64,000 nt of DNA from an uncultured Clostridia bacterium (GCA_947630745.1 CANRIT010000005.1:2403-66402), one strand, 5' to 3'. Positions 25,489 to 35,063 are shown, counted from the stretch's first letter. Notes: generated from the letters alone by a model not told the origin. Translations and numbers: made by a program.

Positions 25489-27362
25489 TAAATTAACCAC
25501 TCATCTTTTTGGAGATTTGATTTTAGTTTTTCTAAAATTTTTTGCAAATGTTTTTCAATTTTTTGTGGTGTGGTGTTAAATTTTTTAGCAAGTTGGTCGA
25601 TTGTGTACATTGTGCCGTGTTTATTAAAACCAAAATACAAACACATCAATTTAAACTCGTCATTGCTTAAAATTTGCCTTGCCTTCTTTTGCAATTGCTC
25701 GCTAAATGCCCTATCTTCCACCAGCCAATCTGGACGATAAGTGTTGTCTTCAATTGTATCTTGAAACACCACACCTTCACAGCCAAGCACATCGTCTTGC
25801 ATGCTTTTGATACTTAGAATTTGTTTTATATGATTTAGTATTAGCCCCCTAATTGTGTTTATTATATATCGCTTTTGACCAGTTTCGTCAATATTTTTTA
25901 AATTATCCAACGCAAGGTCCAGCCCGTCATAGCCAACGCCAAGCAAATCCGAATAATTTGTAAGTTGCCAATAATTTGCTGCCACCATGTTGACCATTGG
26001 CAAATATCTATTAAGGTAATCATTTCTGGCAGTAATATCGCCGTTTAGCATGCGCTTTATCATAGGCTCATCTGGCTTGTCTTTATATAAATCCTGCGTG
26101 TTAAACACAAAGCCCAAACCAACAAGCTGTTCAATTTGATTTTCAGTTAATCTTATCCTTCTGTTGCGAATGTTTCTTACATAAAAGCCCAATTCGTAGT
26201 TGCTTAAAACATAGTCAAATTCGACAAAACAATTGCCATTTTGCGCTTTATATTCAACCAATTGGTTATAAAAATGTTTAAAATTGAAATTTTTAATCTT
26301 GGTCGCGCTTGACACATTCCAAACAAAATCAAGCTCATCCAATTTTGCCTTTTGCTGGTCGTTTATTTTAATATGTCTGGTGCGAATGCCAGCCATTTTT
26401 TCGCCAAGTTTATATCCGTTTTCACACACATAGCGGTTAGGAACGATATTAGTTTTTCTTTTTTGCAAATATTCAAGCAAATTTTGATAGAATTCATCAA
26501 AATTGAACGACCTTGCATCCCAAATAAAGCCCATCTCACCCAATTTGGCTTTTTGTTGGTCGGTTAACCTTATTACGCCAGCGCGAATGTTTGTGATTTT
26601 TTGACCTAGTTTATAATTATCTTTACATACATAACTTTGCCCAACATTAACATCGTTGTGTGTTTCTTTATATTTGACTAGATGCTGATAGAATGTGTCA
26701 AAATCAAAAACCCTTTTTGCGTTCCAAACAAAATTTAATTCATTCAACTTTGCTTTTTGTTGTTCGGTCAACTTTATCCCGCCCGAGCGTATTCTGCACA
26801 CTTTTTGACCAAGTTTGTAGCCGTCATCGCATATATACAACTGTTTAACATTAACATCACCGCATTTTTGTTGGTATTTAAGCAAATACTGATAGAATTT
26901 ATCAAAATCAAATGGCAAAACTCTCCAAACAAAACTAATTTCGTCTAATCTTGCCCTCTGCTGCGAGGATAACTTTAAGTTGCCCGCACGAACATTGCAT
27001 ATTGTGTCCCCCAGCCGGTAGCCGTCCGAACAGCGATATGACCTTTTAATATTAAGGTCGCCATGTCTAAGTTTGTAGTTAAGCAAACGGTTGTAAAATT
27101 TTTCAAAATCAAAAACTCTTTTTGCATTCCAAACAAAACCAATTTCGTTTAGTTTTGCAATTTGCTGGTTGTTTAGATTTATCTCGCCCGAACGAATATT
27201 GTTAATCTTTTGCCCTAGCTTATACCCGTCTTTGCAGATGTAGTCAGTTGGAATGTTGGCGCTTTTATTCACGGCTTTATACTTATTGAAATGTGAAACA
27301 AACTCTTCAAATTTGAAGCGCAGATGAGTTTTTGCCTTTTTAACTAGGTTTTCCCTTTCCAT
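25488..27362 (-). CDS. Sigma-70-family-like protein with 6 N-terminal HA domain repeats
   Basis: 624 aa. Same build as 23292-25403. C-terminal ARNDYLNRYLPMVNMVAANY...DLLGVGYDGLDLALD and LSNDEFKLMCLYFGF...YTIDQLAKKFNTTPQKIEKHLQKILEKLK. Confidence 0.85.
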   Translation of the reverse strand: MERENLVKKAKTHLRFKFEEFVSHFNKYKAVNKSANIPTDYICKDGYKLGQKINNIRSGEINLNNQQIAKLNEIGFVWNAKRVFDFEKFYNRLLNYKLRHGDLNIKRSYRCSDGYRLGDTICNVRAGNLKLSSQQRARLDEISFVWRVLPFDFDKFYQYLLKYQQKCGDVNVKQLYICDDGYKLGQKVCRIRSGGIKLTEQQKAKLNELNFVWNAKRVFDFDTFYQHLVKYKETHNDVNVGQSYVCKDNYKLGQKITNIRAGVIRLTDQQKAKLGEMGFIWDARSFNFDEFYQNLLEYLQKRKTNIVPNRYVCENGYKLGEKMAGIRTRHIKINDQQKAKLDELDFVWNVSSATKIKNFNFKHFYNQLVEYKAQNGNCFVEFDYVLSNYELGFYVRNIRNRRIRLTENQIEQLVGLGFVFNTQDLYKDKPDEPMIKRMLNGDITARNDYLNRYLPMVNMVAANYWQLTNYSDLLGVGYDGLDLALDNLKNIDETGQKRYIINTIRGLILNHIKQILSIKSMQDDVLGCEGVVFQDTIEDNTYRPDWLVEDRAFSEQLQKKARQILSNDEFKLMCLYFGFNKHGTMYTIDQLAKKFNTTPQKIEKHLQKILEKLKSNLQKDEWLI

Positions 27363-27371
27363 TTCACAAAA

Positions 27372-27399
27372 ATTATACCACTAAAATAAAATTTGTCAA
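27372..27399 (-). promoter_or_regulatory. Consensus promoter of HA-sigma gene 2 (leaderless geometry)
   Basis: TTGACA (27394-27399), a 16-nt spacer ending in TGg, then TATAAT (27372-27377). 9 nt to the ATG at 27362. No SD. Confidence 0.7.
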
Positions 27400-27422
27400 T
27401 ATTAAAATCAAATTTTAAATAT

Positions 27423-27449
27423 AAAAAAAACACTTAAAATAATTAAGTG
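27423..27449 (-). terminator. Terminator of the M16 peptidase gene
   Basis: cacttaa (27431-27437) pairs with ttaagtg (27443-27449). T8 follows on the minus strand. Confidence 0.7.
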
Positions 27450-27563
27450 CTAATTTTAAAAATTTGTGTGTTTTTTATTTTTTTTGTAAAAATTTTGCGT
27501 TTTTTCAATTTTTTTTTACAAATTTTTGCGTTTTTTAGTTAAAATTTAAAAATTTTTGTATTT

Positions 27564-28859
27564 TTAGTTATTTGAATTGAAAAGTTTGTTAAACTCTTTT
27601 TCGCTAATTAATTCTTCCTTTTTTATGTCGCCATACACTGTGCAACTATATTTTGCGCGCGAAAACACTTCGTTAATCATAGCGTTAAGTTCATCTAGCG
27701 GCATGGTCATGCGCTCTTTATATTGAAGTTTGCCGCTTATAAGCCTATCCGACTTTTCCCACGACAACAATTTGTTTACATAATTGTTTGGTGAAATAAT
27801 TTGCATTGCGTGGTCAAAATGCTGCCTAGAATGGATTAAATCTATTGTGGCTTGGTCAATTCCGTTTTGGGCAAAAGTTTTAACCCAATCCGCAAGCGCG
27901 CGCAAAATTTGGTTGACATTGTTTTTGTTGCTTTCTGTGCGGATTTTTAACACCCCATTACGCTCGGTGTACACGCACTCGCCCACCGCATAATAAACAA
28001 GGTTGTTGTCTAGGCGCAACAGTTTGTTTAAGCCATAGCCGTCCATGTTTATGGCGTACATCAGCAAACTTAATTTGTTGTAAAATGAAAAGTCGGTCCA
28101 CGGCTTGTCAAAAACAATGTTGACTGTGGTGTAGCATTTGTTGATGTCTTCAAACCGGTTTTTTAAAAATTTGACATTTTTAATTTTTGTGTAAAATTTG
28201 CCGTCCAATTTAAGCGAAGGGTTTGTGCTTAACTTTGCAATAAGCTGTTTGTTAAGTATGTTTTTAACCTTGTTTAAGCCAACTGGCGAACAGATATACA
28301 CCTTGCAGTTGTTTGCAACAAAATACTTTTTGGCAAACTTTTTTAGGTCGTTTGAAGTTATGGTTTCAAGCGATTTTTCACTGCCCAAAACGGTGTTGAA
28401 ATACACGGGCAGTTCGGTTAGCGCGTATTCGTTAAAATTAAATGCCAAAAATTGGTGGTCGTCCGTGCAGCCTTTTATCTCTTGAAAAACAATCTGCTTT
28501 TCTTCTTCCAACATCTTTTTATCAAACAGCGAATCGGACAAAAGCTCGGCAACATAATCGATATACATTGGCAGTTGTTTGGTGACCATGTCGCCAACAA
28601 ATCCGATAAGCAACGATGAAGTAAACGCGTTTGAATAGCCAAAATTTGTGCCTATCTTTGCAATTTCTTCCTTGCTGTGCTTGGATGTGCCGGCAAAAAG
28701 CATATGTTCGCACAAATGTGCCAGCCCGGGTTTACTTCCGTCATGTTGCGCGCCACACTTAAACTCCACTCTAACCTTGGTTGCAGTGTTGATGTCGTTT
28801 TTGCGATAGTACAAGGTTGCGCCCGAATTCAGTTTTATCTTTTTATATTTATTTAACAT
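27564..28859 (-). CDS. M16-family (insulinase-like) zinc peptidase
   Basis: 431 aa. Inverted zincin motif HLCEHMLF (HxxEH) near the N-terminus. Two-domain length. Confidence 0.85.
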   Translation of the reverse strand: MLNKYKKIKLNSGATLYYRKNDINTATKVRVEFKCGAQHDGSKPGLAHLCEHMLFAGTSKHSKEEIAKIGTNFGYSNAFTSSLLIGFVGDMVTKQLPMYIDYVAELLSDSLFDKKMLEEEKQIVFQEIKGCTDDHQFLAFNFNEYALTELPVYFNTVLGSEKSLETITSNDLKKFAKKYFVANNCKVYICSPVGLNKVKNILNKQLIAKLSTNPSLKLDGKFYTKIKNVKFLKNRFEDINKCYTTVNIVFDKPWTDFSFYNKLSLLMYAINMDGYGLNKLLRLDNNLVYYAVGECVYTERNGVLKIRTESNKNNVNQILRALADWVKTFAQNGIDQATIDLIHSRQHFDHAMQIISPNNYVNKLLSWEKSDRLISGKLQYKERMTMPLDELNAMINEVFSRAKYSCTVYGDIKKEELISEKEFNKLFNSNN

Positions 28860-28950
28860 ACATTTCCTTTTTAGTAAAATATCACTTATGTATTTTTAAG
28901 TCAAACAAAATGTTTTAATTTTAGTTTAAACTTTGTTTATTGATAAAATA

Positions 28951-29035
28951 TTTAAAAAATTTTTGCGTTTTTTAAAAAATTATGCAAATTTTTTATGTTT
29001 TTTTGCGTTTTTTTGCGTTTTTTTAAATTTTTAAT
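28951..29035. repeat. Phased T-tract array (TTTTTTT-GCG units, 10-bp period)
   Basis: T7 tracts at 28998-29004, 29008-29014 and 29018-29024 are separated by gcg, and further T5-T6 tracts lie upstream. Related tttttgcgtttttt motifs occur at about 27490-27540 and about 60685-60705. Confidence 0.7.
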
Positions 29036-29382
29036 TAAAACGCATTGATAATGTGGTTAAGTTTATAATCTTCATCGCCCAAAATTGCAATCACATCAAA
29101 GCGGCAAGGCTTGCCAAACTGATGGGTCTGCATCAAATATAGTTGGGCGGTGTTAAAAATTTTTTGCTGCTTTTTTAAATTTACCGCCTCTTGCGGCAAA
29201 CCAAAAGCAGCGGACAAGCGGGTTTTAACTTCAACAAAAACTATTGTGCTTTTATCTAGCGCAATTATGTCAATTTCGCCAATTCTGTTTTTGTAATTGG
29301 TTTCAACAATTTTGTATCCCAAATTTTTTAAAAAGTTTTGGGCAATTATTTCACCCTTTTTACCAAATGTAATATCATCCAT
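29035..29382 (-). CDS. yraN: YraN-family (UPF0102) endonuclease-like protein
   Basis: 115 aa from the ATG at 29380-29382 (MDDITFGKKGEIIAQNFLKNLGYKIV...GEIDIIALDK...VFVEVKTR). This start is 1 nt after the rnhB stop. The longer track ORF would overlap rnhB. Confidence 0.8.
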   Translation of the reverse strand: MDDITFGKKGEIIAQNFLKNLGYKIVETNYKNRIGEIDIIALDKSTIVFVEVKTRLSAAFGLPQEAVNLKKQQKIFNTAQLYLMQTHQFGKPCRFDVIAILGDEDYKLNHIINAF

Positions 29383-29383
29383 A

Positions 29384-30037
29384 TTATGCCCCCTTATCCC
29401 GCAAATCTTTAAGCCGCGTGCACTCGTCTTCGCCAAGCAAATTTTTTAAAAACGACAGGCGATGCAGCGGACAAATCCCTTTAGTTACAATTGCAGTTAG
29501 GTGCTGTTTTGTGCCATAGCCCGCGTTTTGTTCAAAGCCGTAGTCGGTGTAGGTTTTGGCGTAGTCTTCCATAAGTCGGTCGCGGTAGACTTTTGCCACA
29601 ATTGATGCGCATGCAATGGCGTAACTTGTGGCGTCACCCTTTATAATTGCGCGCTCGTTTTTGCTGACATTAAGTTTAACCGCATCAATAAGCAGCAGGT
29701 CGGGCTTAATAACCGAATTGTTATAACTTTCTGCCATGGCTTGTTTGGTGGCGTTTAAAATGTTTATCTCATCAATAACCCGCTCGCTTTTTTGTGCAAT
29801 AGAAACCGAAATCGCCCTATCTAAAATTTGCTTATACAACTCTTCTCGCTTATGTTTTGTAAGTGCTTTGCTGTCAAAAACGCCGTCAATCATTTGGTCA
29901 TATGGCATAATAACCATGGCGGTTACAACCGGTCCAGCAAGCGGTCCGCGCCCAACTTCATCAATGCCGCCAATCGTTTTAATCTGGTCGTTTAAAAGCG
30001 ATTTATCAAATTCAAAAATCTTTTTTGTATCAATCAT
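29384..30037 (-). CDS. rnhB: Ribonuclease HII
   Basis: 217 aa. GIDEVGRGPLAGPVV motif. Confidence 0.93.
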   Translation of the reverse strand: MIDTKKIFEFDKSLLNDQIKTIGGIDEVGRGPLAGPVVTAMVIMPYDQMIDGVFDSKALTKHKREELYKQILDRAISVSIAQKSERVIDEINILNATKQAMAESYNNSVIKPDLLLIDAVKLNVSKNERAIIKGDATSYAIACASIVAKVYRDRLMEDYAKTYTDYGFEQNAGYGTKQHLTAIVTKGICPLHRLSFLKNLLGEDECTRLKDLRDKGA

Positions 30038-30049
30038 ATTTCACCTTGC

Positions 30050-30901
30050 CTAATTTTCCAAACATATCTTGCCAAGTTTACCTAGCCTAAAATCGCTTAT
30101 CAAAATATGGGCAGCGCGGTCAAGGTCAACATGCCCACCGGACACTATACATCCACGCTTTTTGCCGATTGCTTCCAAAATTGTGTGTGCTTGAGTGGTT
30201 GATATATCTTGTGTGAATAATGTGCTATCTACCCCATATCTAGTGGTGATTGCTGCGCTGTAATTTTGATTAAGTTTGATAATTAAGCGGGTTGCAAGGT
30301 CTACAAAATTTAGAACTTCGTCTTTAACCGAGCCAACAAAAGCCAAATTGTACGCGATATTTTCATCTTCAAAATTAGGCAGCAGCACGCCCGGAGTATC
30401 CATAAATTCAATGTCATTAAGCCGTATCCACTGCTTGGATTTTGTAACCCCCGCGCGGTTGCCAACCACCGCACTCGCCTTTTTGCTAAGGTTGTTTACA
30501 ATAGTTGATTTGCCCGAATTTGGCACGCCCAGAATCATGGCGCGGATGATAAAATTTACACCTTTTTGCTGATTTTGTTTAAGCCTTAAACTGAACACGC
30601 GCTTAATTTCGTCCACAATAACCTTTGTGCTGTTTGACTTGGTGGCGTCAATGCTTACACACCCCGCCCCAATCTTTTTAAAGTACTGTTTAACTTGATT
30701 TATGTCCGCGGGGTCAACCAAATCGGCTTTGTTTAAAACGTAAATTATTGGTTTGTCTTTAATAACCTTAACAAACTCTGGATTTATGCAACTCTTTGGA
30801 CAGCGGGCATCCAAAACATAAACAAAACAAGCACACAACTTGCTGTCTTGCTGCATTTGTTTTAAGGTTTTATTCATATGCCCGGGAAACCAATTTATCA
30901 T
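30050..30901 (-). CDS. rbgA: Ribosome biogenesis GTPase A (YlqF/RbgA), circularly permuted GTPase
   Basis: Starts MINWFPGHMNKT (ATG 30899-30901). G4 motif LNKADL precedes G1 motif GVPNSGKST. Confidence 0.9.
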   Translation of the reverse strand: MINWFPGHMNKTLKQMQQDSKLCACFVYVLDARCPKSCINPEFVKVIKDKPIIYVLNKADLVDPADINQVKQYFKKIGAGCVSIDATKSNSTKVIVDEIKRVFSLRLKQNQQKGVNFIIRAMILGVPNSGKSTIVNNLSKKASAVVGNRAGVTKSKQWIRLNDIEFMDTPGVLLPNFEDENIAYNLAFVGSVKDEVLNFVDLATRLIIKLNQNYSAAITTRYGVDSTLFTQDISTTQAHTILEAIGKKRGCIVSGGHVDLDRAAHILISDFRLGKLGKICLEN

Positions 30902-30974
30902 ATAAAAATAATACAACAAAAATAAAAATTTTCAAACAAAAATGTGTGTGTTTTTAATTTTTACTAAATTTAAC

Positions 30975-31005
30975 AAAAAAAACAAAACTTAAAATTTAAG
31001 TTTTG
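30975..31005 (-). terminator. Rho-independent terminator after ffh
   Basis: caaaacttaaa (30983-30993) pairs with tttaagttttg (30995-31005). T8 follows on the minus strand. Confidence 0.7.
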
Positions 31006-31018
31006 CTTTAGTCTATTT

Positions 31019-32365
31019 TTAGCCGCCCATCAATTTTTTAATCATCGCCATTTTGCCGCCATATGCTTTTGGATTTTTAAGCATCTTCATCATCTCTTTG
31101 CTTTGGTTAAACTGGCGGATAAGCTGATTTACATCGCTAACTTCCACCCCCGCGCCCTTGGCAATGCGCTGGCGTCTGCTTCCGTTTATAATGTCTGGAT
31201 TGGCGCGTTCTTTTGGTGTCATGGATTGGATTATCGCCTTATTTTTTTCCAGCACCTTTTCGTCAATAGAATCCTCAATCTGCTTTAATTTGCCGCCCAC
31301 TCCCGGCATCATGGATAGCACACTTTTAAGCCCGCCCATCTTTTTAAGCGAATTTACTTGCTGAATATAGTCGTTTAAATCAAAACTATTTTCCCTAAAT
31401 TTACGCTCCATTTCAAGCGCAGTTTTTTCGTCAACCGCCTCTTGCGCCTTGTCAATAAGGGTAAGCACATCCCCCATTCCAAGTATGCGCGATGCCATGC
31501 GGTCGGGATAAAAAGGCTCTAAATCGGTCATTTTTTCGCCCACCGACACAAATTTGATTGGCTTGCCTATAACTTGGCGGATGGAAAGCGCAGCACCACC
31601 ACGCGTGTCGCCATCAATTTTGGTAAGCACCACGCCCGTGACATCAAGCGCGTCATTAAAGGCGGTGGATACACTTACTGCCTCTTGCCCAATCATGCTG
31701 TCGATAACAAGCAGAATTTCGGTTGGGTTAACTGCCGTTTTTATCTCTTTAAGCTCATCCATCAACTTTTCGTCAATCTGCAAGCGGCCTGCGGTGTCGA
31801 TAATAAGCGTGTCAAGCGAAAATTTATTGGCGTAATCAATTGCTTCCTTTATGGTTTTTACTGGATTGTTTGTGCCGCGTTCAAACACATCAACTTGAAT
31901 GGATTTGCCAAGCACTTTAAGTTGGTCGATGGCAGCTGGGCGATAGATGTCGCACGCAACCAAAAGCGGTTTTTTGCCCTCTTTTTTAAGTTTAAGCGCA
32001 AGTTTGCCAGAAAGCGTGGTTTTACCACTACCTTGAAGACCGCACATCATAATGATTGTTGGCGGCTTGCTTGCTACTTCCAACTTTTGATTTTCTTCCC
32101 CCATAAGTTTGGTAAGCTCGTCACGCACAATTTTAATAACTTGCTGGGTTGGAGTAAGGCTTTTTAAAATCTCTTCACCCACGGCAAGTTCACTAACGCG
32201 CGCAATAAAATCTTTGGCAACCGAATAGTTTACATCCGCCTCCAAAAGTGCAATGCGAATTTCACGCATAGCCTCTTTAATTTCCAGCGCGGTAAGTTTG
32301 CCATGTTTTGTAAGCTTAGAAAAAATGTGATTTAGCCTTTCGCTTAAACTAGAAAATAATGCCAT
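31019..32365 (-). CDS. ffh: Signal recognition particle protein Ffh
   Basis: 448 aa. Motifs GLQGSGKTT, DTAGR and TKIDGD. Met-rich M domain. Confidence 0.97.
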   Translation of the reverse strand: MALFSSLSERLNHIFSKLTKHGKLTALEIKEAMREIRIALLEADVNYSVAKDFIARVSELAVGEEILKSLTPTQQVIKIVRDELTKLMGEENQKLEVASKPPTIIMMCGLQGSGKTTLSGKLALKLKKEGKKPLLVACDIYRPAAIDQLKVLGKSIQVDVFERGTNNPVKTIKEAIDYANKFSLDTLIIDTAGRLQIDEKLMDELKEIKTAVNPTEILLVIDSMIGQEAVSVSTAFNDALDVTGVVLTKIDGDTRGGAALSIRQVIGKPIKFVSVGEKMTDLEPFYPDRMASRILGMGDVLTLIDKAQEAVDEKTALEMERKFRENSFDLNDYIQQVNSLKKMGGLKSVLSMMPGVGGKLKQIEDSIDEKVLEKNKAIIQSMTPKERANPDIINGSRRQRIAKGAGVEVSDVNQLIRQFNQSKEMMKMLKNPKAYGGKMAMIKKLMGG

Positions 32366-32683
32366 TTAGTCCTCCAATAATTTTAAAAGTTTAGTTTTTG
32401 CGGATTTATCTATACCCGTAGGGGGTATACTGTTTATTGCTTGTTTTAAACTTTCCACACGATTAACAATTTTTAGTTTATCTTCCAAATTATACAAATA
32501 GTCAAGCGCATTATCAAGTGCATCTTTAACCGCTTGTCGGGTGATGTTAAGTTCGGTGCTAACTTCGGCAAGCGACAAATTGTTGTCAACATACATTGAT
32601 ATAATTGTGCGCTGTTTTTCTGTTAAAAGATTGCCATAATATTTTGTTAAAACTGCAACTTTTACTCGTTCTTGTAAATCCAT
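32366..32683 (-). CDS. ylxM: YlxM-family (UPF0122) putative HTH protein
   Basis: 105 aa. Abuts the ffh start. Contains LSLAEVSTELNITRQAVKDAL. Confidence 0.85.
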   Translation of the reverse strand: MDLQERVKVAVLTKYYGNLLTEKQRTIISMYVDNNLSLAEVSTELNITRQAVKDALDNALDYLYNLEDKLKIVNRVESLKQAINSIPPTGIDKSAKTKLLKLLED

Positions 32684-32787
32684 AATATCCTTTTAAAATT
32701 TTAAAATTTAGTGATTTTTGTTTGTTTTTTGTTGATTTTTTATGCTTTTTTACAAAAATTTTTAAGTTTTTTTATTTTTTTATTTTT

Positions 32788-33651
32788 TTACATTAAGATT
32801 TTTTCTACAAAATTTTGCACATCAAATGGGGAGATATCGTCAACCTTTTCACCAAAGCAAGTGAAAACAATTGGCACGGACAAATCGTTTACAATTGGAT
32901 ATACCACCCCACCCTTACTTGTACCGTCGAGTTTGGTTAAAATTATGCCGTCAATATCCACACTATCTTTAAACGCTTTTATTTGCGCAATGCTGTTTTG
33001 CCCAATGGATGCATCAAGCACAATAAGGTTAAGTTTTTTGGCCTCGGGATATTCTCGCTTAATAATATTATTAATCTTTTCCAACTCTTTCATAAGGTTG
33101 GTCTTGGTGTGAAGTCTACCCGCCGTGTCAACAATAAGCACATCGTTGTTTTTTGCCTTCATGCTGGAAATTGCATCAAACACAACTGCTGCACTGTCCG
33201 CGCCTTCGCCTTGCTTAACAATTTTAACCTTTAATTTTTCCGCCCACATGTTAAGTTGCTCGGTTGCTGCCGCACGGAAGGTGTCGCCCGCTGCCAAAAG
33301 CACGGATTTTTTTTGACCTAAAAAATATTTTGCCATTTTTGCAATGCTGGAGGTTTTGCCCACGCCATTAACCCCAACCACGGTGATAATAAGCGGATAA
33401 CTAAATTCAATTTTATCTTGATTAAGTTTGGAAATTAAGATATTTTTAAGTTCTTTGCTTGCAGCGTCCACTTCTTTAATAAGTTTTTGCTTGCAAACCG
33501 CTTTAAGTTCGTCCAAAATATCAAGCGCGGTTTCCACCCCCATGTCGCTTGAAACAAGCAAACTTTCCAACTCGTCATAAAAGTCGTCATCAAGTTGGCT
33601 CTTTTTAAAAATGTATTTAAGTTTATCAAAAAATTTTTTAAATATGCCCAT
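32788..33651 (-). CDS. ftsY: SRP receptor FtsY (short form)
   Basis: 287 aa from the ATG at 33649-33651 (MGIFKKFFDKLKYIF). Motifs GVNGVGKTSS, DTAGRLH and TKLDGT. The upstream part of the track ORF looks noncoding. Confidence 0.9.
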   Translation of the reverse strand: MGIFKKFFDKLKYIFKKSQLDDDFYDELESLLVSSDMGVETALDILDELKAVCKQKLIKEVDAASKELKNILISKLNQDKIEFSYPLIITVVGVNGVGKTSSIAKMAKYFLGQKKSVLLAAGDTFRAAATEQLNMWAEKLKVKIVKQGEGADSAAVVFDAISSMKAKNNDVLIVDTAGRLHTKTNLMKELEKINNIIKREYPEAKKLNLIVLDASIGQNSIAQIKAFKDSVDIDGIILTKLDGTSKGGVVYPIVNDLSVPIVFTCFGEKVDDISPFDVQNFVEKILM

Positions 33652-33667
33652 AATTGTACCTATATAA

Positions 33668-33696
33668 ATTATAACAAAAAAATAAGAATAAATCAA
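33668..33696 (-). promoter_or_regulatory. Promoter of ftsY
   Basis: TTGATT (33691-33696), a 17-nt spacer ending in TGt, then TATAAT (33668-33673). 16 nt to the ATG. No SD. Confidence 0.55.
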
Positions 33697-33802
33697 ATTG
33701 TTTTTTGTTAAATTTATAAATATAGCGCAATATTTGTATTTTTTTGTTATTTTACATATCGCCATCAAAATTTATTGTTTACTTTAAAATAAAAACCCGC
33801 AT

Positions 33803-33825
33803 AAAAAATCCACCGATATGGTGGA
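33803..33825 (-). terminator. Terminator of the 410-aa repeat protein gene
   Basis: tccacc (33809-33814) pairs with ggtgga (33820-33825). T6 follows on the minus strand. The stem is nearly identical to the terminator at 35134-35156. Confidence 0.75.
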
Positions 33826-33830
33826 CCTTT

Positions 33831-35063
33831 TTATAACTTGTTAATTAAATTGTCTAAACTATCATTAATTGCTTTTGAATAAAACTTTTTAAACGTTTCT
33901 GACAAGTCTATGTGTTCATCTTTTGCCAATGTGACGATTAAATCGTAATCTTCGTCTGTTAGACCTTTTATGTTTTCTACAACATACTCAATTTGGTCAA
34001 TGTCATGCGTTTTTATTATTCCCGTCAACAATTCGATAATATCACCATTCGTTAAGCCGCTAACACCAAGTATAAAATATGCCATATACTTTGAAAGACC
34101 AGTTTCAATGCTAGTTTTTATCACATTCCTCATAAGTTCTACTATATCTTCATGGGTTAAACCTTTCACTTTTTGAGCAAAATTCAAAACATATGAAAGA
34201 TCATCCACTTGATATTCATGGTTGTTACTAATGTTCTTATTTATGAGGTCGCGCATAAGCAGTACCTTATCGTCATGAGTTAAGCCCTTAGCAGATTGAG
34301 CAAAGTCATTTACATGCTTAATAAGGCCCCACCTAATTACTACATCTCTCATAACAACCACATCGTCATGAGTTAAGCCATCAACAGATGATGCAAATTC
34401 GATAACGCGATTTATATCATTACTATCAATTAATAACCGCATAATTTTAACCAAATCGTCGTGAGTTAAACCTTTTACATTGGAAGCAAACCTAACAACA
34501 TAGGTCAAATTATCGCGAGTAAGTTTATCAATCAAAACAACCAAATCGTCATGGGTTAAACCTTCCACTTTTTCAGCAAATTCGCAAATGTGAAAGCCGT
34601 CCAATCCTAATCTATTCATCAATTCAACTTTATTTTCATGAGACAAATTTTCAACAGTGGTTGCAATATAGATAATAAGTTCGTTGCCAGCATAAGTGCC
34701 ATCCATTTTTAAATCATTCAAAATTTGTTCAATGTCTGCAAAGGACAAATTTTTTATTTTAGATTTAAACGAGCTATAAAGACTGACATTTTCCCCCAAC
34801 ATAGGATTGTTATACGCGGCGACAAGCAATTTTGCCACATCTTTGTTTGAAATATTGTCCACTTCTCTAACAAATTCGCAAATGTTGACGCCGTTTTTAT
34901 CTTCACACAATTTGTCCGCTAATTTGCTAAATATTACTGCTGCATCCCTTTTTGTGGCCATGTTTTTGATGTGCTGAGTAAATCTATCATCCCAGCCAAG
35001 TTTTTTTAAATAAAGCATCGCTTTTTCAACAAGTTCATCAATTTTTGCGTTGTTATTTTCCAT
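33831..35063 (-). CDS. Hypothetical helical-repeat protein (about ten 33-40-aa repeats, core FA..V.GLTHDD.V.L)
   Basis: 410 aa from the ATG at 35061-35063, with GGAGG 5 nt upstream. Seven clear GLT[HDN][DEG]D units plus degenerate ones. The N-terminus is homologous to the protein at 38935-39504. Confidence 0.75.
   Translation of the reverse strand: MENNNAKIDELVEKAMLYLKKLGWDDRFTQHIKNMATKRDAAVIFSKLADKLCEDKNGVNICEFVREVDNISNKDVAKLLVAAYNNPMLGENVSLYSSFKSKIKNLSFADIEQILNDLKMDGTYAGNELIIYIATTVENLSHENKVELMNRLGLDGFHICEFAEKVEGLTHDDLVVLIDKLTRDNLTYVVRFASNVKGLTHDDLVKIMRLLIDSNDINRVIEFASSVDGLTHDDVVVMRDVVIRWGLIKHVNDFAQSAKGLTHDDKVLLMRDLINKNISNNHEYQVDDLSYVLNFAQKVKGLTHEDIVELMRNVIKTSIETGLSKYMAYFILGVSGLTNGDIIELLTGIIKTHDIDQIEYVVENIKGLTDEDYDLIVTLAKDEHIDLSETFKKFYSKAINDSLDNLINKL

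Noticed and set aside
32711-33112. A 133-aa plus-strand ORF overlapping the ftsY 3' end
   Set aside because: It starts in a T-tract spacer, is antisense to ftsY and yields a Phe/Ile/Leu-rich low-complexity product.
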